From Neocallimastix sp. 'constans' (Eukaryota), in NCBI GenBank assembly GCA_050613775.1, contig JBODTK010000001.1, forward strand, positions 744,001-808,000: a DNA stretch of 64,000 bases, read 5' to 3'. A program made the position numbers and the translations under genes. The notes beneath the pieces were generated by a model that did no database searches, had not been told where the DNA came from, and was given only the letters and a program-made list of their open reading frames with translations. Below are positions 1-15,800 of the stretch, piece by piece. The first letter of the stretch is position 1. Every line of letters starts with the position of its first letter.

Positions 1-1
1 A

Positions 2-1228
2 TTAAGTGAATCTGAATCAGAAGAATATGATTCAGAAATGGAAAGAAATGTATTGGAAAAGGAATTTTTTGAAGTTTTGGAATTTAGTGAGGGAGAAGAT
101 GTTACCATGGATGATTTATATGAAGGAGAGATAGAAAGTGATAATAATAATAATAATGACAATATTAATGCTAATAATATTAATGCTAATAATAATAATA
201 ATAGTAATGATAATAATAATAATACTAATGATAATAATAATAATAATAATGATAATAATAATAACAATAATAATATTAATATTAATAATACTGATAGTAG
301 AAAATCACCTTCTTTAAATTCTAAAATAAAAATTGGACATAGGAATAAAAGAAGTAATAATAAAATAATTGAGGATGATGGATTTGATTTTATTAATGAA
401 GATTTAAGTAATGGACAAGGAAAAAGAGGAAGATACAATTTACGAAGGTTAAAAAATAAGAAAAATTATTCATTATTAATTCCATTCCTAGAAAATGAAA
501 AAAATTCTGATTCTATGGAAGATAATATTGATGAAGAGTCTCTTCAAGATAATATTACTAATGTAGATAGTAAAATGGAAGAAGAAGAAGTAGAAAAAGA
601 AGATAATCCTAATCCTGAAAGTAAGCATATTGACATAAATAATGATCCTGAGAATAAAAATCTGGATAACACTTCAACTAAAGATAAATCAGAAAAAGAT
701 CAGAATAAAAAATTTGTTAAATTGAGAAAAAAAAATAGAGTTCGTAATAAAATATCAAGAAAGAAAGAAAAAAAAGAAAAAGAAAAAAGTGAAAATGATG
801 ATGTTTATAAAGTTAAAGAAGAAAAAGATACTATAAATGATAATGGTTATGAAGAAAATGAGTATGAATTTGAAGGTGAAAGTGACATTATTAATGATGA
901 TGATTACGAAGAAGATGAATATGATGAATATTTATATGAAGAAGATGATGATGAATATGATGATGATGAAGAAGATAATGATGAAGAAGAAAACGATAAT
1001 AATGATATATCATTTATAAAAAGAAAAGATCATGGAATTAATGAAATACAAGAAGAAAGTGATGAAGATGAAAATCCTATCATAATTAGAAAAGGACGTC
1101 GTAATATTAATAAAATAGTTCTGGATAGTGATGATGAATCCATTAATAAATTAGAAGGAAGTTGTTTTAGTGATAATAATGATAATAATAATGGCGATAA
1201 TAATAATGGTGATAATAACAATAATAAC

Positions 1229-1259
<31 letters not shown>

Positions 1260-2597
1260 TTTCAGAAGAAGAAAATAATAATGATAATTTTGTTAAATTA
1301 AAAAGATCAAAAAAGTATAATAGAATATTTGAAGAAGAAGAAGATGATGATGATGATGATGACGATAGTGAAAATGAAAATGAATTAATAGTAACAAAAA
1401 TTAATCAAAAATTTAATAAAATAACTGATATAAATAATGATGATAATGATGTATCTCAAAAGATAATATCATTGAATGAATTTCTAGAAAATAATGAAGA
1501 TAATAATAATAAAGTTAATGAAATTTTAGTGGATAATGAAAATAATGTTAATAAAATTAATAAAGAAAAAGAAAATGAATCTGTTAAAACCAAAATATCA
1601 GAAGAAAGTATAAATAAAGTTAAAGATATTAAAAAGTCTGACAGACGTTTTAGAATAGCAGAAATAAGTAATGAAAAAGAAGTTGCTTATGATTCAAATT
1701 ATAATAAAGATAATACTTATTATACAAATAATTCAAATGACATTGATATTATTCAAAGTAATGAAAGAAAAAATGATACCAGCATAAATAATAGTAAAAT
1801 TGATAGCTCTGTAAATTTAAATGAAATAGAAAATTTAGCTTATAATAATGAGGATAACAACAATATTAATATTATTAAAGTTAATCATCATAAAAAGAAG
1901 GTCAACTCCGAATTACCTATAGAAGTAAATCTTTCACCAAGAAGATTAGGTTTAAGAAAATCAAAATATATTAATTATAATGTAAAAGATTATTATCATT
2001 CTCATATAGGTTATTTAAGAAAAGATGTAAGGAGAGAAGAAAGAACATCTATTACTAATAGTAATAACATTTATGGAACTGATGGAAATAATAATAATAA
2101 TATTAATAATAAAAATAAAAATACTACTACTATTACTCCTGCTCCAACTACAACTACAACTACAACTACTACTACTACTAATAATAATAATATTAATATT
2201 AATAATAAAAATAAAAATACTACTACTATTACTCCTGCTCCAACTACAACTACAACTACAACTACTACTAATAATAATAATAATAATAATAATATTAATA
2301 ATAAAAATAAAAATACTACTACTATTACTCCTGCTCCAACTACAACTACAACAACTACTACTACTAATAATAATAATAATAATATTATTAATAATAAAAA
2401 TAAAAATACTACTACTATTACTCCTGCTCCAACTACAACTACAACTACAACTACAGCTACAACTACTACTAATGATAATAAAAATATTAATAATAATAAA
2501 AATATTAATAAAATTAATGAAATTAATAATGAAACTAATAATTATGAAATTAAAGAAAGTAATAACAATGGAAGAATCAATAAAAAAAATAATGAAA

Positions 2598-2665
<68 letters not shown>

Positions 2666-3246
2666 GTCAATGAAAATAGTGAAAATAGTATTAATAATAA
2701 AATTAATAAAAATGGTGAAAATAACACTAATGTTAATGATTCAAATAAGAAGTCTTCATTTGAAATTGTTATTCCTCCAATATTTAAAAATAATGATATT
2801 TTAATTGATATATTGGAAATGAAAGTTAATAGTCTTTCTCATATTGGTCATAATTTTAGTCATTCTGAAAATAGGAATAAGCCAGAAGGAAAGCATTCAA
2901 AAAAGAATATAAATGCAATAAAAGAAAATTTAATAAATTTAGGTTCAGGTTCAAATATAAGTTTTAATTCTAACCCTAATAATAATAAAAATATAAGTAT
3001 TAATACCAACACCAGACTTAATACTACTCCTAATATTGATAATTCAGATATTATCACTAATATTACTTTCAATTCAAATAATATGAATGAAAAAATTATA
3101 TCAAATACTAATCCAAATCCAAATACTAATACTAATACTAATGCTAATACCAATACAAGTAAAAATATTATTACTAATAATAATATCATGAATGAAAACA
3201 TGGATGAAAAAATTACATCAAATACAAATATTGCTACTATTTCTAC

Positions 3247-3284
<38 letters not shown>

Positions 3285-3571
3285 TTATTAATTCTATTTC
3301 ACATAATAATATAAATAAAAAAAATATCAATACAGATTCAAATATAACACTAATGAATGATAATAATGCAGATTCAAATATTATACTGATGAATGATAAT
3401 AATACAGAATCAAATACGACACTAATGAATGATACTAATGCAGATTCAAATACAATACAAGTTAATAATATAAATACAGATTCAAATACGACACTTATGA
3501 ATGATACTAATATTAATGATAATATTGATACCACTATGTATATAAATAAAAATACGAATACCCAATTTAAT

Positions 3572-3615
<44 letters not shown>

Positions 3616-3834
3616 TTATAATAATAATAAAAATAATAATAATAAAAATAATAAAAATAATAATAATAATAATAATATGAATATTGATTCTAATATTAAT
3701 CATAATTTTGATAATAATAAAATAAATATTGATATAAATAAGATTAATACTCATCTTAAAAATCTTAAAAGTACAAGAATTACTAATTATTTTAATTCTA
3801 CTATTAATGATATTTTAAATATATTAAATAGTAC

Positions 3835-3890
<56 letters not shown>

Positions 3891-3927
3891 GTAATAATAG
3901 TAATACTACTACTACTACTACTACTAC

Positions 3928-4009
<82 letters not shown>

Positions 4010-5441
4010 AGTAACACTAGTAAAAATACAAATAATGATAATAATCATTATAACTATAATAAAAATAAGTTTGAAGTAGTAATACCAAAACCATTCTTTA
4101 ATAATAAAAAAGAAAATTTACCTATTAATGATAAAATTACTATTGAAACGAAGGATAATAGTATTGATAATAATAATAATATTGATAATAATAATATTGG
4201 TTGTGATAATATTAATCCTGATATTTCTGATAAAGAAAATATTGCAAATTCAAATAATGATAAAATTAAAAGTATTATAAATTTTGAAAGTAATAAAATT
4301 AATAATAATGATAATAATGATAATTATAATCATAGTAATATAGTTATTGAACTTAAAAACAATATTGTAAATTCGATAAATGTTAATAGTGATAATAATA
4401 AAAATATTAATGATAATTTAAATGCTGATTCAGAAAATAGCATTAATAATAACATTGATTCAATTGTTAATTCAAAAGAACTTAATAATAATGATTCAGT
4501 TATTATTTCAAAAGATATTGATAGAAATGATATTAATAATAACACTATTACTGATAATAACACACTTAATGATTATAGTGGCTCCATTGATGATAGTAAT
4601 AAATATATTAATAATAATAATAAAGTTGCTGCTAATAGTAAAATAAATAATTTAAATCTTAGTGATAATGATATTAATAATAATAGTTATAGCAGCGGTA
4701 GCAAGAACAGCAATAGTGCAATCAATCCAACGAGTAATAGTAATATTAATAGTCAATTCTACATTGATATTAAAAGTAATCCTAAAATTATTATAAATGA
4801 AGATAACAATAATGCTGTTGAAATTACTAATTCTGAAAATGCTGTTATTGATAAATATAATATCTATAATAATCCTGATTTAGAAGATGATGATGTAATT
4901 GTGAATAATAAAAATAAAAATAATTATGATAATAATTCTATTATATATTCAAGGAATATTAATATTGACAATGATAAAAAAATTAATAATAATAATAATA
5001 TTAGTAGTGGTAATGATAATAGCTATAACAGTAATAAATTAAATTTAGGTAAAATTAATCATAACTATCCTATTTCAACAATATCAACAATAAAAAATTC
5101 AAATTCAAATTTAAATTCAAATTCAACTTTAGTTGTTAATGCTGAGTCATATGATACCAATATACCTATTTTGACTTCAGCAACTGTTTCTAGATCTATA
5201 AATAATGATATTAATATACCTAAGTTAACTTCTTTTAATACTGATAATTCATATTATTTAAATTTACCTGAAAATGGAAAGATAATAGATTCATCAAATC
5301 AACAACAAAATGAATCCTCAATTAATGAAAATTTTGAAGGAAAAACAAATACAGTAGTAGAATTGTCACGACAGGAAGAACAAGAAGTACAACATCAAAA
5401 GAAATTAGATTCTTTTCTGGTTCAGAAAGTTAAAGAATTTA

Positions 5442-5482
<41 letters not shown>

Positions 5483-5965
5483 CAAAAAATAAACGATGTA
5501 AGCAGTTTAAATGAAAACAATTCATTTAATACCTCAAATAGTTTATTTAGTCTTCCGAGGTCATCAAATGCTAAAAGTTTACCATTTTCACATGATTCTT
5601 TAAATTCATCTAATAATCAATATTCATTAAATACATCACCTTCTTCACAAAATTCAAAACTAGAACCTCAAACAGTGAAATCCAGTTTAAGCTTATTGGA
5701 GGAACGAGTAAAAGAACTCAATATATTATATAACCCAAAATCAATAGATCCTTTAGTATCTAATTTAAATAATAATAGTAATAGCAACAACAATAACCAT
5801 AATAATAGTAACAACAATAACAACAATAATAATACTTATCTTAATTATACTAATAATCATAATATTAATCATAATTATAATCATAATAATAATCATAATA
5901 ATAATCATCATCATCATCATAATAATAATAATATTAATAATAATAATAATAATAATAATAATCAA

Positions 5966-6027
<62 letters not shown>

Positions 6028-6536
6028 TAATAATAATAATAATAGTAATCATATCCGTAATGTATTAAATATAAATAATAATATTCAACATAATGTTGTT
6101 TTTAAACCAAGTAAAAAATTTTTATTTTCATTATCTTCTCGTTTAAAAATGAAACGTTTAAATAAGATTTTATTTAATACAAATGAGAACAATACCATAA
6201 AGAATAGAAAAAGAAAATTTTCCGGTAGTCAAAATAAAGAAGAAGAAGAAGAAGAAGAAGAAGAAGAAGAAGAAAAAGAAAAAGATGATGATGAAGTAGG
6301 GGTAGTTAAAGAAAAAGATTATTATATTAAAAAGCAAAATAATTTCCAACCTTTCTTTATTGATATTCAATCAGATCATCATTTCATTGTTGATGATGAT
6401 AATATTTTATCTCGTTTATCAAAAAGAAAAAAAATTTCAGAAGAAAATTATGATAATAATGATAATAATAATAATAATCATAATAATAATAATCATAATA
6501 ATAATGAAAATAATAATAATAATAATAATAATAATG

Positions 6537-6623
<87 letters not shown>

Positions 6624-6872
6624 CTACCACCACCACTACTACTAATAATAATAATAACATTAAAAAAGATTTCATTACTGAAGGCCAATCTGTAATTGAT
6701 AAAATTTCAAATGGTAATGATGATGAAAATTTTGAAAGTTATACAGATAATGAAGAAGGTTCAAATGAAAATGTAGTAATGAAGAGAAGAAGTAGAAAAA
6801 GAAAAAGAAAAATAAGAGAAAGAAAAATAAGAAGAAGAGTAATAAGTATAGAGGAATTTTCATCCTATGGAA

Positions 6873-6936
<64 letters not shown>

Positions 6937-7519
6937 AAATAATGATAATGGTAATAGTAGTAGTAATGATAAAAGTGGTACTAATAATAATAGTAATAAT
7001 AATAATAATAGTGATAACAATAGTAATGATAATAATAATAATAGTAATATTAATAATAATAATAAAAGAAGAAGAAGAAGAAGAAGAAGAAGAAGAAAAG
7101 AAATTGGTGAAAAAATTAGTAATGATGAACAAACTTCAAATATGGTCATAAATAAAAGTAATAAGATGTTAGGATCATTAGAAAAAATATCCGTTCTTTC
7201 TAACAGACATTCTCCAATAAAAGAAGGAATAACAACAGTAACAAGAGCAACAACACCTACTACTACTAGTATTACTAATAGTGAAAAAGATATTACATCA
7301 TCAACAATGACTATTTCACCTTTATCCCATCATGAAACATCTCTTCCTGAAACAACATCAAAAAAATTATCTCTTTTTGATGATGAATTAGGATTCTTTA
7401 TTGGTGGTAAATTTATTAATGAAAATGAAATCATGTTTGATGATGGTGATGAAGAATATGAAGATATTAAAGGAAAATCTTATAAACGTAAATTCTTTTC
7501 TACCAGAAAAAAATTTTGA
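2..7519 (+). CDS. Very large Asn-rich, low-complexity, probably disordered nuclear protein (>2500 aa); 5' end lies upstream of the window
   Basis: Uninterrupted 7.5-kb ORF in stop-rich DNA. The frame is open back to position 2 (LSESESEEYDSE before the Met at 38). It has acidic tracts, poly-N/T/H and basic NLS-like runs (KRRSRKRKRK, KRRRRRRRRRRK). No recognisable folded domain. Confidence 0.8.
2085..2475 (+). repeat. Coding tandem repeat, 4 copies of INNKNKNTTTITPAPT(n)N(n)
   Basis: Four near-identical actactattactcctgctccaactacaactaca units seen directly. Confidence 0.9.
3325..3515 (+). repeat. Coding 39-bp (13-aa) repeat, about 5 copies of N[TA][DE]SN[IT]TLMND[NT]
   Basis: Recurring cagattcaaata...atgaatgat units. 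Confidence 0.8.
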
Positions 7520-7978
7520 AAAAAAAATAAAAAAAAAAAAAAAAAAAAAAAGACAAATAAACAAAAACAAAAACAAAAAACAGAGAGAGAAAGAAAAAGA
7601 AAAAAAAAAAAAAAAATTATTAATTAAATATATATATAATAATATATTATTATTATTATATTATATTATATATATTTTTTCTTCATCTTTTTTATAAATA
7701 ATACTATTTTATTAATTAATTAAAAAAAAAAAAAAAATTTTTTTTTATATTTATATATATTTATATATAATAATATTTAATATTTATCATTTATCTATTA
7801 AAAAATTTATTTTATTTTATTTTATTATTATTAATACTATTATAATTTTTTTTTTTTTATATATATATATTTCATTTATTATTTCATATAATTATTTTTT
7901 TTTTTTGCATTCATATAAATAAATATATATATTTTTTTTAATTTTTAATTTTTATTTTTATTTTTATTTTTTTTAAAT

Positions 7979-8009
<31 letters not shown>

Positions 8010-8517
8010 ATTATATTTTATTATATAGCTTTTATTCATCAATTCATTTTATACTTATCAATGTATTTATATTTATCAATGTAATTTATATTTATCAATC
8101 TATTAAATTTATCATGTTTTATATTCACACATTCACACACACACAATATATGTTATAACTTTTAATGCATGCAGTGTTAATTACATATATATATAATCAT
8201 ATTAAAAAAAAAAAAAAAATTCAAAAAAAAAAAAAAAAAAAAAGAAAGAAAAAGAAAAAAATTAAATAATAATAAAAATAAATAAATAAATAAATAAATA
8301 AAAAATATTATCATTGTATTTTAATTTTTTTTTTTTTTTTAAAAAAAAAAAAAGAAAGAAACAAACTAGATATATCATTATTATTATTTATTATAAATAA
8401 ATATTATTACATTATTATATTAATTTATTAAATTATATTATTACTATTATCCTTACTATAATTTATTTATTATACATTTTTTTTTTAAAAAAAATAATTA
8501 AAAATTAATAAAAGAAG

Positions 8518-8815
8518 TTATTCAATAAATATATCTTTCATAGATTTTTTTTTTTTTTTTTTTATTATTGTCATCATTATTGGTATTATTATTACAATCT
8601 TTTATTATTATTATTAATTTTTTTTTTTTTATCATTGATTCATTAAATAATAAATTGGTATATAAAAAAAAAAAAAAAATTCAATAAATATATATTTCAT
8701 AGATTTTATTATTATTGTCATCATTATTAGTTTATTATTACAATCTTTTATTATTATTATTTTTTTTTTATCGTTGTTTCATTAAATAATAAATAGGTAT
8801 TTAAAAAAAAATTAA
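8518..8815. repeat. Direct duplication of a ~150-bp unit between the two convergent gene ends
   Basis: ttcaataaatatat..ttcatagattt...attgtcatcattatt...ttacaatcttttatt...cattaaataataaat.ggtat occurs at ~8521 and ~8680. Confidence 0.8.
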
Positions 8816-8887
8816 TTTTTTTTTTTAAATATTATTTTATGTAATATCTATTGATATGAATAATTGAATAATTATTAATTATATATA

Positions 8888-9012
<125 letters not shown>

Positions 9013-9066
9013 CCTTTTTTTTTTTTTTTTAAAAAAAAAAAAATTTCGATCATTACTTTATTTTAT

Positions 9067-9468
9067 TTATTCTAACCACATACGATAACCATGAACAGTT
9101 GAACGAACAAGTTCACTACCAAAATCAACTTTAAACATTGGCTTCATAACCTTCGTTTCAAATTCTTCATATTTAAAACCGTAGATGGCGGCACCATTTT
9201 CAAAGAATTCAATATCTTTGTGAGCTAACCATGGTTTATGATGAGTGAAATATACAAGAGCAATACCAGTTTTTGGTTTTAAGGTATTGTAGAGAGACAT
9301 TAAAAGTTGTTTTTGTTGATTATGATTGAAGATAACATCAGCTAATAAAACAAGATCAAACTTTTCGTTGTTATTTAAAGCAAGAACTGGTGCAACATCT
9401 CTACCCCATAAATGATCCTTTATTTTTTATTATTGTTATTGTTATTTAATATTTAATATTTATATTTT

Positions 9469-9499
<31 letters not shown>

Positions 9500-10910
9500 T
9501 TATAATTATATATTATAATTTTTATTATAAATATAATTTTTATAAATAATATATAAAAAAAATTAGTTTATTATTTTGTAAATGAATTAATGATAGATAT
9601 TTATAGTGTAAAACTATGAATATAATATAGAATTGTACTAAGTTATATATATATAAATTTATTTATTTATGTATTTATTTTTAATTTTTATTTATATTTA
9701 TATTTTTTATTTTTCATTTTTATTTATTTTTTTTTTTTTTTTTTTTTTTTGAATGCTAATGTCAAAATCATCTTAAAATTCAAAATATATGTTATATATA
9801 AAAAATCATATTTATATTAAATATTTCAACTTACAATAACATTCAATTTTTTTTGTTCAACTAATTCTGGGAATAAATTTTTTGCGTTGTATTTAATATT
9901 GTCAATAAGGTCTCTATCAGGATAATCAGTAATGACAATATTTTTAGCATCATTAATAGCTGCAATAAATGAATTTAAAGCACCACCAGCTCCTAATTCT
10001 AAAACTGTTTTATTCTTTGTATAAAATTTATCTTTATCTTGACGATAAGCCATAAGAAGTGCAGCATTCCATATCCAGTGACCCCATAAAGAATGACCAC
10101 CAATTAATCTTAAATTGATTTTTGAAGGGGTACCTTTTTTATTTTTTATTATTTTATTATTTAGCATTTGTATTAAAAAAGTTTTGAATATATTCAAATT
10201 AAATTATTTATATATATACACACAAATATATATATACATATATTAATTATAAAATATTATAAAAAATTATATAAAAATGTTTTTAAATTTACTAAAAATT
10301 ATAAATTACTTTTACAATTCTTTATATATATATATATATATATTTGATTGATTATTTATATACCTGGTTGAACGTCTTCTGGATTACGTTCAAAATCTTG
10401 GAATGTATTTTCTGGTGGTGGTTTCCAATAATCATCAGGAATCTTTTTTATTTATATAAATATTTAATTATTACAATATATATTTTTATTATGAATATAA
10501 TATGAAATATTTAAATAGGTCAATGAATATTTAAAAAGAAAATTGAAATTATTATATAATGAATTGATATTCTAAATTATAAATATTAAATCATTTTTAT
10601 TGATTAATACTATGGACTTTAAAAAAGAAAAAAAAAAAAATACTGAAATTTTTATTTAATTAACATATTATTTTAATGAATTAATTATTTAAATATTGAT
10701 TTATGATAATTTAATTGTTGATTTATTACAATTCAATTAATTTCATTTATTATTATTTTAATTTGATGAAATTTCATATGTTAAATTGCTTAAACATACT
10801 TCAAATAACTTGAAATCTTCGTCTTCTAATTCATATGTGGTAACTTTTTCATTTTCTTCGTTTTCTTTATTAGCTTCAACAGCTTCCTGAGCTTTAACTT
10901 CTTCTGTCAT
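9067..10910 (-). CDS. NNT1: Protein N-terminal/lysine methyltransferase of the EFM7/NNT1 family (Methyltransf_16), 279 aa; exons 10910-10800, 10442-10364, 10133-9835, 9417-9067
   Basis: All three introns are GT..AG and splice in frame (840 nt). Family motifs: PDDYWKPPPE, LRLIGGHSLWGHWIWNAA, SAM motif I VLELGAGG, VITDYPD, HLWG, FDLVLLADVIFNH, VYFTHHKPWL, VRSTVHGY. Confidence 0.92.
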
Positions 10911-12248
10911 TTTACTTTTTTATTTAATTATATATTTTTTATATATCTTAATTCTATATAATTTTTATTTTTTTTAAAAAAAAAATATTAAAATAGATTT
11001 AATTTTTTTGTGATACCTTAAAAAACTTTAAATGGTATGGTCCAATCATAAATAATATATTAATTTATGTTTTTTTTTATTTTATTTTTTTTTTAATAAA
11101 TATTTAATTTTTAAAAAATGGAAAGTATTAATAAAATATTTAAAATATTTTTATTGAAGCAATAATAGTAGATAAAATAGTTTTATAGTAAATTTATTTT
11201 ATTTTATTCTTTTATTATATAAAACTATGAATATAGAATTATATATATATATATATTTAATATATTAATTATTAATGCTATGGGAAGTAAAAAAAAATTA
11301 TATTTTCCTTTGAAAATGAAAATTTATTATGATTATATCCTATTAATTGGTCAAGAAATAAATTTATATAAATATTATAAGCATTTTCATTTGCTAATAA
11401 TTAAATCTTGATATATTTTAACTTTCTGTAGACATTCATAATTATTTAGTAGAATTAACAAATTAAAATGTAATTTAGATATTTTTCTAATAAGATATTG
11501 TAATCGCTTAAGCAATTATAATCAATATACAGGATTAATTACATAAATTTTATTATTTCGTATTATTTTAATTAATTTAAAGATGAGATAATTAAAAAAA
11601 AATTTTTTTTTTGGAATGAAATGGAACAATCATTAATGAATTCCATGGATATTAAAAATTATTAAGAAATGAAAAATATATGTAATAAAATTGTAAATAA
11701 AAACTCTTTTATCTTTTATTTTTATTGTTTTTTTTTTCCACTTAAGGGAAGTCAGTGAAATAGATCCGTAACGTTGAGATAAGGATTAGTATATTAGGCC
11801 TTTATTCTGCAGCTTTGAGACCGACTCGAGGACTTCTTGTTGAATAAGAAGTGTATCAATTATGGAAATGATTTATATTAATATGTTAATATATGTAAAT
11901 ACTTTTTTACTTATCTAGTTAAAAAAAATAATTATCATTTTAATATTTATCTTACTGAAAAAGTTGAAGATCTTTCAGAATATAATATTATTTCTTTTAT
12001 AAACAGATTTGCATGCATTGTCTTTCCAAAAATATTAAGTTGAAATATAATAATAATTATTGCTTTTTAATGATAAGTTAAGTTATTTAATATTTTGTTT
12101 TTGTATAACAAAATAAATAAATAAATAACTAATTAAATAAATTAGTGAATAAATAAATGAATAAATTAATAAGTAAAAAAATATATAAAAATCATTAATA
12201 TGTAATATAATGAGGTAATAATAATAAGTTTTTTATGATATGTATATA

Positions 12249-12844
12249 GGGAGTGTTGCATTTCAGAATATGGCTTTATATGAAATGTGGCGTACTTAAA
12301 TAAACCGATTAATATGAGTGTCTTAAATTATATTAAATAAATAAATATTATTTTAAAGATATATTTTAATATTTTTTGTTAAATAATAATAAAATATTTA
12401 ATAATATTTAATTTTAAAGATATAAATTATATTTAAACATATATTTTATAATAATATGTTCTTTTGCTTTAATTGTTTCATTTTTTCAAATTTTGGATTT
12501 TTTTCCATTTTTTAATGGTTAAAATTAAATATATATTTAAATTTTCATAAATTTTATTTGATGCTCATTTAATTTTGTATTATTTATTATTTATTTATTG
12601 TTTATTTATAATTGTTTTAATTGTTAATATCAAAAAAAAAAAAAAAAAAAGAATCAATAAAGTAAAATAAAGTGTTTATGAAAATTTTTTTTAATGTTTA
12701 AATTTTTTTAAAAAAAAAAAAAAAGAAAAAAATAACTCGTTTATATTTATTTTTAGTTTTATTTTAGTTATTTAAGAAAAAATAAAAATGTGGGGCGTTA
12801 AATTATGAATTTAATAAATCCACATTCTGAAATACAATACATTG
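12249..12844. mobile_element. Non-autonomous MULE-type MITE, family 1, copy 1
   Basis: Left end GGGAGTGTTGCATTTCAGAATATGGCTTTAT and right end ATAAATCCACATTCTGAAATACAATAC are imperfect TIRs (~23/27). Internal sequence is homologous to 25645-26722. No clear TSD. Confidence 0.75.
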
Positions 12845-15800
12845 ATATATATAATAAATATACAATATTTTGAATTTTAAGATTAATTAATATTAAGGTT
12901 TATGTTCATTTTGGAGTATATAATTTATCCAAAATGGAAATTTAATATAAACTTTATTAATTAAAATTATTAATTTATTATTATATTAAAAGAAAAGTTT
13001 TTTTTTTATATTGTTATATATATATATACCAAACATTTTTATTTTTTATAGAAATTAAATAAATATATAAATATATAAATAAATAAATAATAAATAAATA
13101 AATAATAAATAAATAAATAAATAAAAATAAATAAATAAATAAATAAACAAATAAATAAATAAATAAATATAAGAAATCAAAAAATAAAAGAAATTAAAAA
13201 AAAAATTGACCAAACAGAAAAGAGAAAATCTTCCAATTCTTAATTTTATTTAATTAATTTAATAGAATTTTATTTTGAAAGAAAAATAGAATAAAATGTA
13301 ATATAATATAATGTAATATATAATATATATATATATAAAAACTATTCTTATATTCCATTTATTTAACATTATATATATATATATATAAAATTTAATTTAA
13401 AAAATGATAGAAAAAAGTTTTTGAAAATCAATTTAAAAAAGAATTTATTTTTAATTTAAATACTAAAAAGGAACCAACTCTTTATATAGAATTAAATAAT
13501 AAGAATTTTTTTTTTAATATTATTTTATAATTAAGTAGAATAACTAATAATAGATATATTTTTTTTAATTAGTTATATAGATCGACATTGTATGAAGAGT
13601 TTTATATTATCTTTATAATAAATTATTTCACTATAATTAATAATTGTATTTACTTTGGTATTCGTTATAATTTATAAAATTATTTGATTTAGTCTGTTAA
13701 AAAAAGTATTCGTTATTAACAGATTCAAAAAATATATTTTTCTTTCTTCATTTATATTTTTTTTATTAATTCTTTTTTTTTTATTGCAAAAATATATATA
13801 CAAAGAAATTAAAATTTAAATTAATAATAAGAATTATCTTTTAAAAATTCCCCGCAAAATTTTTAGAGGATAAATAAAAAGAATATATATATATATATAT
13901 TTTTTAATACTTTTTTTTTTTTTTTTTTTGTATAAAAGTATAATAATTTATAGATCTATGTTTAGTGTGTTTCAAATGAGTTACGAATATATATAAAATG
14001 TAAAAGATAATTATTAATAGAGTATAATAATTATTATTTCTAATAATATACATATAAATTAAATATTGCATCTTTGTTCTTAATGACATTTCTATGATAT
14101 TAAAATAAGGACAATAATTATATAAATAATTTATTAAGAAAAAAAAAATATAAAATTTAAAGGGAAATCATAAAATTTAATTACCTTTCTTTAAAAATAT
14201 TTGTTTTTCTTATAATATATATATATAAATGTAAAAAGATGAAACCAATAATTTTTTTATGTTATTTTTATTTTATTTTTCCAATCTAATAGTTATTATT
14301 TTTTTTAACTGCTTCAACATCTGTGAAAAAGTTTACATGAAGAAAAATTTTTTTTATTATAATACTCTATGAATCTATTGATAATATATTTATTAAAAAA
14401 AAAATAGAAAACTTGATAAAATATATATATATATATATATATAAAAGAGATAAAAAAATTTTTTTTTAATGATCTTAAAGCTCTTCTGTATTTCTATTAA
14501 ATAATTTATTAATAAATAAATATGTATATGTCATTTTATTTCTATATAAATTATAACATATTTATTAACATATATCCTTTAATATAATAAATATTTAACG
14601 AATCATAGTATTTAAAATCATTATTCCAGTGTTACCTTAGTATAGAACTAAAGTAAAGAATTTATTTACTTTGAAATTTATAAGTATTATCCAATTAATT
14701 ATTAAACATAATATTATAATAAACTTTTTTTTTTTCTTTTCTAAAAGGTTTAAATTTTATTTAAGTATTCTAATTAAGTTAATTAAATAAATATTTATAT
14801 TATATATATTATTTATTTAATATCGTTTAATTATAAAAAAGAAAAATTAAAATAAAGGAAAACAATGGTAAAATTATTTAAAGTTTTCTTTTTTTTTTTT
14901 TTTATATTAATCTATGATAATGATAAACCAGCCTATTTATACGTTACACAGATTATCAAAATAACCAAAAAAAAAAAATAAAATCAAAAAAAAAAAACAG
15001 AATTTTATATATTTTATAGTTTTCAATTTTTTTACAAAATTTATAATAGAATTATATAAAAATTTAGTTGAAGTCACACAAAATATTATTCATCATTGAT
15101 TATATTTATAATTATATTTATAATTATATTTATAATATATAGCATATATATAATATGTATATTAATTTTTTTTCCCTATTTTTTTTTTTTTTTTTTTTAA
15201 TATTTTAATAAATAGAGTTAAGTACAATTCATTCAATAACTTTAAATCAATAGAAAAATAATATATTGAATAAATAATATATTATTAAAGTTATTGATAT
15301 AATAAAATAATATATATTATTTAATTATTGATAATATTTTATACTTTATTATTTATACTTTTTTTATTTAATTATTCAATTATTCAATTATTCAATTTAT
15401 TTAATTATTTAATTATTCAATTATTTAATTATTCAATTATTCAATTATTCAATTATTCAATTATTCAATTATTCAATTATTCAATTATTCAATTATTTCT
15501 TAAATTTTATTTCTTATTAAATTATTAAATTAGTTATTATTTATTATTTATTATAATTTAATTATTTAATTTGTTTAAAAAAAAAAGAAATTAACAAAAA
15601 ATAAATTAAATTGTTTTTATATTATTATAAAGTTATATTAAATATACTTTAATTAATACGTTTTTTTTTTTTTTTTTCTTTTTCTTTTTTTATTAAAAAA
15701 AAAAAAAAAAAAAGAAATAAATAATATTAAAATATATGGATTAAGGAAAAAAGTATAAAAGAAAAATAATTTTCCTTTTGTTTAAAGAATAAAGTAATTT

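Noticed and set aside
837..7697. Many overlapping I/L/M-rich ORFs
   Set aside because: They are alternative-frame or antisense readings of AAT/GAT microsatellites inside the long ORF.
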